A stretch of DNA of 64,000 bases. It comes from an uncultured Desulfobacteraceae bacterium (GTDB taxonomy: Bacteria > Desulfobacterota > Desulfobacteria > Desulfobacterales > SKZT01). Below the pieces are notes generated by a model. That model ran no database searches. It saw only the letters and a list, made by a program, of their open reading frames with translations, and had not been told where the DNA came from. The position numbers and the translations under genes are program-made. The stretch spans positions 23,811-87,810 of the forward strand of contig CAZNTU010000003.1 in NCBI GenBank assembly GCA_964575975.1. The letters run 5' to 3'. Positions 57,601-64,000 of this stretch are shown piece by piece; positions within the stretch are counted from its first letter, which is position 1, and each line of letters opens with the position of its first letter.

Positions 57601-58505
57601 CCGCCCTGCCCCGTGCTGACCAGGACTGGCGTCGCATAGGCCCCCAACGCTCCCAGAACCGAGATCGGAACGCCCCGGTGAAACAAGGCCAGGACGAACG
57701 CGGCGGCGGAGACCAGACATAGAATGAAAAAACCGACTGTTTTCGGAAGATACTCGTAATAGACGGTAGCCGCGAAAACCACTGTGTACAATACGCCTAC
57801 GCCCCCGGCGACAAGCGTCTGGCGCAACGTTTCGTAGCGCTCGCGGTCGAACCGGAACGCCCACAGGATTAGCCCGATGCCGGTCAAAGCCCCGGCCGCC
57901 AACCGGACGGTCGGAGGAATCAGGTTCCTGTCGATGGAATACTTGACGAAAAAGCCCGCCCCGACAAACAGCGCGAGACCTCCCAGCCACGCGAACAGCT
58001 TCACGCCCGTGAACAGCTCCCAGTCCACGTTGGAAACAAAATCCTTCCATCGTTTTTTGAACTCCGATTCGGTCCGTTTCGGCTTTTGCTTCGGGGCTTC
58101 CGGGGTCGGCCGGACCTTTGGGGCCTCGGTCGGGGAAGCTGCCTCCGGCGAGAGCGTTTTCGCTGCCGCGGACGGGACCTTCTCCGGCGGTTTCATAACG
58201 GGTTCGAGTTTTTCTTTCCGTTCCGCACCTGCCTTTTCGATCTCGGGGGGCAAGGGCGGAGGCTGGTCCTCGCCTATAGAGGTTTCCGGCTTCGAGGGTG
58301 CTTTTTCGGGACTTTCCTTTTCAGGCTTCGATTCCCCTGCGACCTCCTTTTCGGCGTCCGAAGAGCCGTACCGCGACATGAGCTTCAATTCCAAAACGGT
58401 TCTTTCCAGTTCGGAGATTCGGGACAGCAGGAATTTCTCCAAACTGGATTGGCGTCGCCACAGCACGATGAATCCCACCAGGAACACTATTGCGAATGCA
58501 GTCAT
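54651..58505 (-). CDS. DUF2339-like giant polytopic membrane protein
   Basis: GGAGGGG RBS before ATG 58505. N-terminal TM, a coiled coil, a Pro/Glu/Lys-rich linker and then more than 30 predicted TM segments. About 1280 aa. Confidence 0.8.
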   Translation of the reverse strand: MTAFAIVFLVGFIVLWRRQSSLEKFLLSRISELERTVLELKLMSRYGSSDAEKEVAGESKPEKESPEKAPSKPETSIGEDQPPPLPPEIEKAGAERKEKLEPVMKPPEKVPSAAAKTLSPEAASPTEAPKVRPTPEAPKQKPKRTESEFKKRWKDFVSNVDWELFTGVKLFAWLGGLALFVGAGFFVKYSIDRNLIPPTVRLAAGALTGIGLILWAFRFDRERYETLRQTLVAGGVGVLYTVVFAATVYYEYLPKTVGFFILCLVSAAAFVLALFHRGVPISVLGALGAYATPVLVSTGQGGLVQLFAYLAIVNLGLFEVMRRLGSSFILLFAAAGTSATLLLGTFGSRVFLSSEIVAFVWILNLALFSFFVDSMTRMRGPGQALSWSWNVIYWTTLGIAASLVEKPSVACLLVVTAASAGANALAFRNRFWYARCVPYSVLAFVAALAWAVLVFDPRGFSAQFAVFLLYGAAGGIMPVLLIRKYGPDKASMGWLKAFPLAVTVLAMTMLFKWPTVDFWFWPMVLLIQMVGVLVSLIVGALIQVGLLTAVMVAGGVFWMRNAPAVALGAGFFVFLLAAGVLMLAITYFALRFLSGWVSAPGEGGAPENEKVKSAFDPTEWMKASPVLGAFVLLGVAFWMQRPLNPQPGMATLACFTAIAVFLGRRIMFSPLAMVALVAASLAESAWMFSPPSGTEFSALAWSVAGFALALSLPFFFFGPVEHWDRVWMAWSVFEIFQAAFVFRSSDFLWGRQISGCLPAAMAAAKIPTIYFLLGKLEGKTPRNAVLAFHGGVLLLYISSLPVIWFDQGWLGLALVFESAALLWLNGRIAHPGLRWVSAFIAPAGLFLLLSNLGKMKGIDSLPVLNGAVIATAMCIPALAAAVRMADYPDRLLGRMDLPRYFLWLTLGAGFFLVNLSIADIFGETGQRLLYSIQRSFSHALVNSLAWAVFGAALWRLFEENRAVRVAGLVVLVLGCARLLLSPFLFPSDVVRLRPLSNPELIAFVALAVLLYYMFKKESPGESYYGFRNLFLAFFLVCLFVGIKLAASTIFQPGVPLRLFFGRTLAMATASAAGWFAYGLALVHWPKKLDPPFRTAGMVLTVLGLAKAAAIPFRFPLEFAQIEPLLNEQTLLYIFCIAGSVLTACRKELSGWPFDKVSSRSAWAVLTGVFAFWALNIEISSLFGDNRYGFDLATGGKFSHQLAYSLGWLCFAIGLLVLGIKIEHNRARWTALIMIVVTASKIFFKDLWALGQLYRVTSFVGLAAVLILVSFLYQRYLAKGNKHEN

Positions 58506-58686
58506 TTCCCCTCCAGGCATCTATGGGCAAAACGTTCGCGAATTCATTCTTCTTCGCACCAAAACAATTCGAGCTTTTCCGAAAGTTCGATCGGATTCTT
58601 GCAAGTTTCACGGAGGGATTATAGGTTTAAAAGCCTGTCGGCATCAACAGCAATCAAGCCGTCCTCCTATCGGCACGGAGCCGTGC

Positions 58687-59208
58687 TTACGGCTTAAAAC
58701 ATCTGGCGATGCGATTTGCAATCATTCTCGGTTTCCGCGAAATTAAAAACCAAGACAACTTGAAAAATTTCATTTTAACATCCACGATTTCCTTTCTAAT
58801 GGACGAGACATCGTCGCAAAAGGTGACGAGACAGACTTCGGGGCGGGCATCCGACGGAAAAATGCATGGACCGACACCGTTTTCCAGGAAAATGCAATCG
58901 GACGTAAAAAAAGGCTCCTCCTTCTCCAGGCAAGCCTTGATTTTTTCTATCAGAAATGGATTCAGTGTCATTATGAAAACAAAATCCCACTGTCCTATGA
59001 TCAGGTCTATCTGGAGGTTTCTGCAGCAAATGCCTCCGCATCTTTGAACGCACCGAATCATAAGTCTTTTCGATTTTTCCTGAAGCCTAATTTCCGAGTC
59101 CCGTATTTCGGCGCAGATTTGCCTCAATTTCGACAAATCTTCGGCGCCCAATTGGGACACGATCTTTTCCGCCTTTCTGAAATCGCTTTTCAACGACATT
59201 TCACCCAT
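58687..59208 (-). CDS. YkgJ/UPF0153-like zinc/iron-chelating Cys-cluster protein
   Basis: 'RCVQRCGGICCRN' and 'CIFLENGVGPCIFPSDARPEVCLVTFC' fit the CxxCGxCC ... C.FL...C.IY..RP..C pattern. Markedly AT-rich gene. Confidence 0.6.
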   Translation of the reverse strand: MGEMSLKSDFRKAEKIVSQLGAEDLSKLRQICAEIRDSEIRLQEKSKRLMIRCVQRCGGICCRNLQIDLIIGQWDFVFIMTLNPFLIEKIKACLEKEEPFFTSDCIFLENGVGPCIFPSDARPEVCLVTFCDDVSSIRKEIVDVKMKFFKLSWFLISRKPRMIANRIARCFKP

Positions 59209-59352
59209 CCAAATCTTTCCCGATCATGACGGCCAATTCCCTTTCAATAGTGGGCTTGTTCAAATATCCCTACTGTCTCGCTTTCGGTGTTTTCGTCGAT
59301 CCCGGAATTGAAAACGGTATACAGGATAATGGGGAGGGCGACCATGAAAAAA

Positions 59353-59958
59353 TCAGGACGCGTGAGCGAAAGCTTCCGGAGGAATTATCGACTTTTCCGC
59401 GTCGCCCGGTCTTTTCCAGTACAATTCTATGGTAGCGGTCCCCTTTCGCTGGAAGTATTGGATTTGCACTGGATACCATCCCGCCTTGCTCACCGTGACC
59501 GTGACCGTATTCGAAAAGCGATCCGAATGCATCTCGGAATCCTCGATGATTTTCTCGCCGGCGATGGTCAACCGAAACCCGTCGTTGGTATTGGCCTTAA
59601 ATTCGTAAATACCAGAATCATCGAACTTTATAAATCCGTCCAGGTACAATCCGATGCCCATGGGCCTTCCCGAGTCGAACAAATTCACGCCCTTTCCGAA
59701 ACGATGGTTCAAGTTCGGGATTGGCTCTCCCTTGAAACCCGTTTTCCGAGCCTTTTCCTCGCCGGGCATTTGATAAAGGTTTCGCCAGAACCCATGGACG
59801 TAAACCACTGAAAGCCCCGGTTTCAAACCGGCTTCGGATGACATGATATTAGAAGAATCCAATATGGACGCCCCGCATCCGAAAATGAAAAAAACCGCCG
59901 CAAACAGCGCGATTCCAACAACAATGTTTCTTGTCTTTCCACGATCTTTTCTATTCAT
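59353..59958 (-). CDS. PA14-domain lipoprotein
   Basis: Lipobox 'FIFGC'. 'GFIKFDDSGIYEFKANTNDGFRLTIAGEKII...GWYPVQIQYFQRKGTATIELYW' is a PA14 signature. Confidence 0.75.
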   Translation of the reverse strand: MNRKDRGKTRNIVVGIALFAAVFFIFGCGASILDSSNIMSSEAGLKPGLSVVYVHGFWRNLYQMPGEEKARKTGFKGEPIPNLNHRFGKGVNLFDSGRPMGIGLYLDGFIKFDDSGIYEFKANTNDGFRLTIAGEKIIEDSEMHSDRFSNTVTVTVSKAGWYPVQIQYFQRKGTATIELYWKRPGDAEKSIIPPEAFAHAS

Positions 59959-60010
59959 TGCTTCCCCAATTCGGTATTGCGAACTCTCGCTCGCTTCAAA
60001 CAAAGACGTG

Positions 60011-61162
60011 TTATTCCGCGTAACGAATTTCCCCTTCGCCGTAAATAGCGGTGGGATAACTTGACAACTGGAACGGGTCGCCGTTCCAGCAAACGAAGGA
60101 TGCCCACTTGCCCTTCTCCAACGTTCCCAGCTCCGATTGGATTCCCAGGATTTCCGCGTTTTGCCTGGAAACGAGTTCGATGGCGCCTTGCTTCGACAAT
60201 CCTTGCCTCAAAAACCACCGGGTGTGCAAAAACAGCTGCCTGGCCGGCGTCACCGGATGATCGGTCATCAGGCCGAATTTCACCCCGGAATCGATCAGGT
60301 GTTTTACGTTTCGCCAATTCTCGTGTCTCAGTTCCGTCTTGTATGCGAAACTGTCCATGGGACCGTACACCACGGGGATCTTTCTTCTTTTCAATTCGGC
60401 GAATATTTCCGGCGAGTGAACGTCCATCGCGTGCTCCACGGAAATATCCAGGCCGAATTCGTCCGCCAGACGCAAAAGCGAGGCGATGTCGTCGATTTTG
60501 TGGACATGCGCCCTCAATCGCGTTTTTTTGTCGAGAATTTGCAGCAGGATTTTATCCTCGGCGGAAAACGCGAATTCGTTCTTTTTGTCGCCCTTCGCCT
60601 TGTCGAACGTCTCTTTTTTTTGCAACGTCTCGCAAAGGCGTTTTCGCAAGATCGCCAACGCTCCCATGCGGGTGGTGGGCCTTGCGCCCTTCCAGTCTTT
60701 CATGGCCATCGGATTGTATCCGAAAGCCGACTTCATTCCGGCCCTGGCTATCAGCGCGTCGGTACTGTTTTTCGCGTAGTGGCGAATCACCGCCGACAGT
60801 CCTCCCACGATGTTGCCGCTTCCAGGCATTACGCACGAATAGAGAACTCCCCCCTCCACCGCGTCCGTAAAGGATTGGTCGTCCATCTGCACCGAATCCA
60901 GCGCGTCGGTCAAAACCAGCATGGGATCCCCATGGTCGTTGGCTTCGGCTTCGGCTTGCGGCTCGCCCGCGCGCACCATGCCGATGTGACTGTGCGCGTC
61001 GATAAACGCGGGCGTCACCACCGGAAAGTCCCCGACCATCTCGCCCGCAGGCTTCGCCGACCCGCCATGGACGCCGTCCACAATGTTTCCTTCGAACGAC
61101 AGCCACGCGTCGGATACGATTTCCTTTCCCGTGTACAATGTTTTTGCTTTCACATACTTCAT
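60011..61162 (-). CDS. metal-dependent amidohydrolase
   Basis: 'PAFIDAHSHIGM' HxH motif and a TIM-barrel amidohydrolase pattern with downstream His/Asp ligands. Confidence 0.85.
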   Translation of the reverse strand: MKYVKAKTLYTGKEIVSDAWLSFEGNIVDGVHGGSAKPAGEMVGDFPVVTPAFIDAHSHIGMVRAGEPQAEAEANDHGDPMLVLTDALDSVQMDDQSFTDAVEGGVLYSCVMPGSGNIVGGLSAVIRHYAKNSTDALIARAGMKSAFGYNPMAMKDWKGARPTTRMGALAILRKRLCETLQKKETFDKAKGDKKNEFAFSAEDKILLQILDKKTRLRAHVHKIDDIASLLRLADEFGLDISVEHAMDVHSPEIFAELKRRKIPVVYGPMDSFAYKTELRHENWRNVKHLIDSGVKFGLMTDHPVTPARQLFLHTRWFLRQGLSKQGAIELVSRQNAEILGIQSELGTLEKGKWASFVCWNGDPFQLSSYPTAIYGEGEIRYAE

Positions 61163-61244
61163 GACGATGTTCCGAACTTGATTGGCCCGACGGTTTTCAA
61201 GGTCGAGCTTTTTGGACCCGCGCGATAGGTTTTGGCATTTCGGG

Positions 61245-61448
61245 CTATACTCGCTTCCCGTCCACCAACTTGGCGAAATGCTCGAAAGAACGGTCGTAGG
61301 TCTTCTCGGCGTCCTTCGGAAAACAACATGCGGGAAGCTGCCTGCTTTTCAAATGGTAGGCGAGGCATTCGCAACAAAAGCCCTTTTTAGGGCAGGGTTC
61401 GTACGAGCAATTGCATCTCTCGAGATTTTTTTCCTTTTTGCAATCCAT
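61245..61448 (-). CDS. small Cys-rich protein (DUF6485-like?)
   Basis: 67 aa from the internal ATG 61448. '[21 protein letters not shown]...LPACCFP'. Confidence 0.5.
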   Translation of the reverse strand: MDCKKEKNLERCNCSYEPCPKKGFCCECLAYHLKSRQLPACCFPKDAEKTYDRSFEHFAKLVDGKRV

Positions 61449-61742
61449 TTTCGATTCTCCTTTTGTGGCTCCGATCAGAGACTTTGCCGTCCTGTTTGCG
61501 GATCTATCCGTTTTTATGGTTTGAAATTCCAGCGCCAAGTACATTCTTTAAGATGCCGTCGCGTTTAAGTCAAGCCTGTGCCGAAACGGGCACTCTCATG
61601 GTTTTGGCCGGCCGCAACAAACGCGCTGGCCGGAATTGGAACCAAGCCTAAAAATCGGTTGAAACTGGAAGGAAGGAAACGATATTATCCGCCCATGAAT
61701 CAGATTTCCAATTATCAACTCGATCACAAGGAGGACAAGTTC

Positions 61743-62456
61743 ATGTCAAAGACAATCTTAAGCGCGATGTTGGGGTTGATGCTGGTATGCCCGGTTTTTG
61801 CGCAGGATGGCGGCAACAATTTCGAAACCACCGCCGAAGGAATCGTCAAACGATTGCTTCCGCCGGGCGAAACCGCAGGAGAGCCCTCAAGCGAGCCTCC
61901 CCCGGCCGCGCGCGAAACCGGTTCCGGCGCATGGAGCAACGCCTTCGATCCCGGAGCGACGGGAAAAACCAAGTCCTTTTCGCCTGCCGACTCGTCCGGC
62001 ACGGACGCCCGCTCCAAAGAAATCGTCGGAACAAGGGCCATAAAGGTTTACCACAAGGAAGGCGACAAAGAGGTTTGGACGACTGTCGTCTCTCCCGAAA
62101 AAAGGACCGGTCAATATCTGAACCTCGCGGTCGAATTCGACACGGCCTCGTATTCGCTTCGCCAAAGCTCCATCCGGCTTCTGAACGAATTGGGGAGGGC
62201 GCTCTCCGATTCCCGGCTCTCCGATCTGATCGTCTTCGTCAACGGCCATACCGATTCCGACGGCTCCGACGAATACAATTTGAGATTAAGCTACAACCGG
62301 GCCGAATCGGTCAAGCAGTTTCTGGTATCGAACTTCGGCATATCCCCTCGCAGGTTGCTGGTAAGAGGCTACGGAGAGGGCATGCCGCTCGAACCCAACA
62401 CGACCGCCGCGAACAAGCAAACGAACCGCAGGGTGGAAATAGTGGCGGCCCGTTAA
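61743..62456 (+). CDS. OmpA-family (OmpA_C-like) exported protein
   Basis: AAGGAGG RBS. Signal peptide 'AMLGLMLVCPVFAQ'. C-terminal 'VNGHTDSDGSDEYNLRLSYNRAESV...GYGEGMP......NRRVEI'. Confidence 0.85.
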   Translation: MSKTILSAMLGLMLVCPVFAQDGGNNFETTAEGIVKRLLPPGETAGEPSSEPPPAARETGSGAWSNAFDPGATGKTKSFSPADSSGTDARSKEIVGTRAIKVYHKEGDKEVWTTVVSPEKRTGQYLNLAVEFDTASYSLRQSSIRLLNELGRALSDSRLSDLIVFVNGHTDSDGSDEYNLRLSYNRAESVKQFLVSNFGISPRRLLVRGYGEGMPLEPNTTAANKQTNRRVEIVAAR

Positions 62457-62469
62457 AAGTTTACCCCGC

Positions 62470-62498
62470 GACCTCCGAGGTTTCAATCCCCGGAGGTC
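62470..62498. other. 8-bp GC-rich hairpin in a convergent intergenic region
   Basis: GACCTCCG - 13 nt - CGGAGGTC. No U-tract, so not a classical terminator. Confidence 0.5.
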
Positions 62499-62500
62499 TT

Positions 62501-62520
62501 CCGCCCCCCCGCCCCCCCCG
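62501..62520. repeat. homopolymeric C7/C8 tracts (G-rich on minus strand)
   Basis: CCGCCCCCCCGCCCCCCCCG read directly from the sequence. Confidence 0.9.
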
Positions 62521-62531
62521 GCGCTTGCGCG

Positions 62532-62900
62532 TCAGGACGGTTCCTGAAGCCAAAGGATCGCCTTGACCACGTCCGGCTTGTCGAAATACCTGACGTTCAT
62601 CCCCCCGAACAGACCGAAAAGCCCGATGACGGTTCGTTCGGATTCGTTGCTTCCCAGGACCGCGATACGGTCGATATTGTCCGAATGAATTTTCGTGAAT
62701 TGCAGACTCTCCAAAATCGTTTCGGGGCTTCTTCCGGGAAAATGGGCTTCTATGGAAAGGAGAAGCCTGATCTTGCCCTTCGCTTCGGCAATGCTCTTTC
62801 CCAGCATGCGGCTAAGGTTTTTTGTCCGGCGGTCGATCATCCGGTCGAAGATCCTGACGCTGACAACCTTGCCGACCCTTTGGACTATTTTTTCGTTCAT
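62532..62900 (-). CDS. STAS/SpoIIAA-like (DUF3478-type) protein
   Basis: 'GKIRLLLSIEAHFPG...IDRIAVLGSNESERTV...VRYFDKPDVVKAILWL' fits the SpoIIAA-like family pattern. Internal ATG at 62900. Confidence 0.7.
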   Translation of the reverse strand: MNEKIVQRVGKVVSVRIFDRMIDRRTKNLSRMLGKSIAEAKGKIRLLLSIEAHFPGRSPETILESLQFTKIHSDNIDRIAVLGSNESERTVIGLFGLFGGMNVRYFDKPDVVKAILWLQEPS

Positions 62901-63001
62901 ACTTGCCTTCCTATAGGACATCGAGAAGGAGACACGCCTCGAAAAAGCCGAACCGCCGGATCGATACAAGCGGTTTGATCGGAAATCGGGACGGAAAAAA
63001 C

Positions 63002-63031
63002 AAAAAAAGGCGGGAAAAAACCCGCCTTTTT
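63002..63031 (-). terminator. Rho-independent (bidirectional) terminator after tatA
   Basis: GGCGGG - A6 - CCCGCC, flanked by A7 and T5. Confidence 0.7.
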
Positions 63032-63072
63032 CATATTCTCCTGCGCCATGCGCCGGAAACCGATAGAAAGCT

Positions 63073-63276
63073 TCAGGAAGCGTTTTTTCCGTCGTCCAGT
63101 TTTTCGATCTTCGGTTCCGTTTCCTTGTCCTTTTTCTCGATCTCGTTTGTGGCGCTTTTGAAATTTTTGATGGCCTTGCCCATTCCCGCGCCGATTTCCG
63201 GAAGCTTGCCAGCGCCGAATATGATGAGGATGATTACGAGAATTATGATAAGTTCCGGCATTCCAATTCCAAACAT
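63073..63276 (-). CDS. tatA: twin-arginine translocase subunit TatA/E
   Basis: '[38 protein letters not shown]'. Confidence 0.9.
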   Translation of the reverse strand: MFGIGMPELIIILVIILIIFGAGKLPEIGAGMGKAIKNFKSATNEIEKKDKETEPKIEKLDDGKNAS

Positions 63277-63337
63277 CCCACGTCTCCTTTGTTGTTCGTC
63301 CTTCAACGATTTTTCTTTTATAAAGTTTAATTGAGTA

Positions 63338-63763
63338 TCAATGATCCGGCGCGACCGGCCCCGTTTGCCTGAGTTCCTGCAAAAGCTGCTTGAATTCCCT
63401 CGATTTCAAATACCTGTCCACCGAGCTTTGATATTCGATCCAGTCCTTCCAGACTTTCAACCATTCCTCGTTGTGCCAATAGAAATTTTTGTCCCCTTTT
63501 CCCTTCAACTGATTGATATATTCAAGGTACTCTTCCTCGCAGCTTTCGCAGAACTTGTACGGTACCCGGACGAATTGATGCTCGCACTTCCTGCCTTTCC
63601 CCGGATCCGGATTGATCTGCGCGCCGCATCGTTCGCATTTGAACGCGCATTGGGTGCATTGAAAAACCTTTTGTACCGCCTTGATTTTTTTTTTCCGCTC
63701 CTGCGCGTCCTTCTTGTCTCTGCAACTTTTCAGTTTCTCGTCTAGCGAGATTATGTCAGCCAC
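63338..63763 (-). CDS. Cys-rich (zinc-ribbon-like) hypothetical protein
   Basis: GTG start. '[11 protein letters not shown]...C...CESC' motifs and a Trp/Lys-rich C-terminus. Confidence 0.45.
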   Translation of the reverse strand: MADIISLDEKLKSCRDKKDAQERKKKIKAVQKVFQCTQCAFKCERCGAQINPDPGKGRKCEHQFVRVPYKFCESCEEEYLEYINQLKGKGDKNFYWHNEEWLKVWKDWIEYQSSVDRYLKSREFKQLLQELRQTGPVAPDH

Positions 63764-64000
63764 GGAACACCTGCCTTATGAAAATGTTGATTTAACCGAG
63801 ACTATATCACACGCCCGTGACCGTGTCAATTTGGCGGGACGGCCCGCGCGCCGCAACCACCGTCCTGTCGAGACTTTCATTGCGCGAGGGAATTTTTATA
63901 CTATCTATCGTCGCGACATTCAAGCCGGTTTTTTCAAATGACCGAAATCGAACGGTCAAGTTGTCGTCCTTGTAAAGGCGACATTAAAATGATAAAGTTT

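Noticed and set aside
61578-61742. A GTG-initiated 55-codon N-terminal extension of the OmpA-like ORF. Similar upstream extensions occur in other ORFs (30685 gspG, 45352 argS, 26182 SBP-VWA, 24203 Smr, 62969 STAS, 63306 tatA).
   Set aside because: The internal ATGs are preceded by good Shine-Dalgarno sequences and give canonical N-termini (signal peptides, prepilin leader, conserved family starts). The extensions are basic low-complexity sequence.
1-64000. Searched for CRISPR arrays, tRNA/rRNA genes, integrases, reverse transcriptases (retron/DGR), toxin-antitoxin pairs and known defence-system hallmarks (helicase-nuclease, SIR2/TIR, cyclase-effector).
   Set aside because: No regularly spaced repeats, no tRNA-like T-arm/acceptor structures in intergenic regions, and no ORF with the corresponding motifs were seen. 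This eye-based search could miss divergent members. tRNAscan, Infernal and a defence-system HMM scan would be decisive.
63964-64000. A possible gene start (ATGATAAAGTTT) at the extreme right edge.
   Set aside because: Only four codons fall inside the window, so it cannot be supported.

Overview
This window reads as a chromosomal segment of an anaerobic Gram-negative bacterium. I infer a Desulfobacterota/deltaproteobacterial-like organism from the sigma-54 activators, a GspN-containing type II secretion cluster, a pyruvoyl arginine decarboxylase and many small Cys-rich proteins. I can support about 68 protein-coding genes, a few terminators and promoter candidates, one short tandem repeat and one possible transposase remnant. 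I found no rRNA, tRNA, CRISPR array, intact mobile element, reverse transcriptase or recognisable phage-defence gene. Layout by region: (1) 1-6.36 kb is a lower-GC block with three DsrE/F/H-like proteins, a 4-TM protein and an RND/MMPL exporter + LolA-like + beta-barrel triad. It ends in a very strong terminator and is followed by about 400 nt of degraded coding-like sequence. (2) 6.8-14 kb holds a GAF sigma-54 activator divergent from a PhaR-N/phasin-like gene plus two half-ArsA/Get3-type ATPases, then a hybrid histidine kinase and nth. (3) 14-22.8 kb is a housekeeping block: ThiI-like PP-loop ATPase, rlmN, ffh-rpsP-KH-rimM-trmD-MTase-rplS-rnhB-yraN and a cysteine desulfurase. (4) 22.8-26 kb holds PilZ, Smr, plsY, a Sfp-type PPTase and an extremely His-rich protein. 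(5) 26.3-29.6 kb holds SBP-VWA lipoprotein / XpaC-like membrane protein / second SBP. (6) 30.8-42.8 kb is a T2SS cluster in the order G-H-I-J-K-L-M-N-C-D-E with no GspF or GspO, followed by an exported YidD-like protein and a TPR membrane protein. (7) 42.9-50.7 kb holds a THUMP methyltransferase, GNAT, argS, pdaD, an ArgA-like gene and a second hybrid kinase. (8) 51.5-61.4 kb is a co-directional minus-strand block: USP behind a textbook sigma-54 promoter, a DUF3999/DUF2339-like pair, a low-GC YkgJ-like gene, a PA14 lipoprotein, an amidohydrolase and a Cys-rich protein. (9) 61.7-63.8 kb holds OmpA-like, STAS-like, tatA and a zinc-ribbon-like protein. Nothing here is unambiguously a new system. 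The best candidates for under-described biology are the PhaR/phasin + split-ArsA module, the GspF-less T2SS with its YidD-like/TPR tail, the orphan SBP-VWA/XpaC-like/SBP module and the giant DUF2339/DUF3999-like membrane pair. All family assignments come from reading motifs by eye and need HMM or BLAST confirmation.
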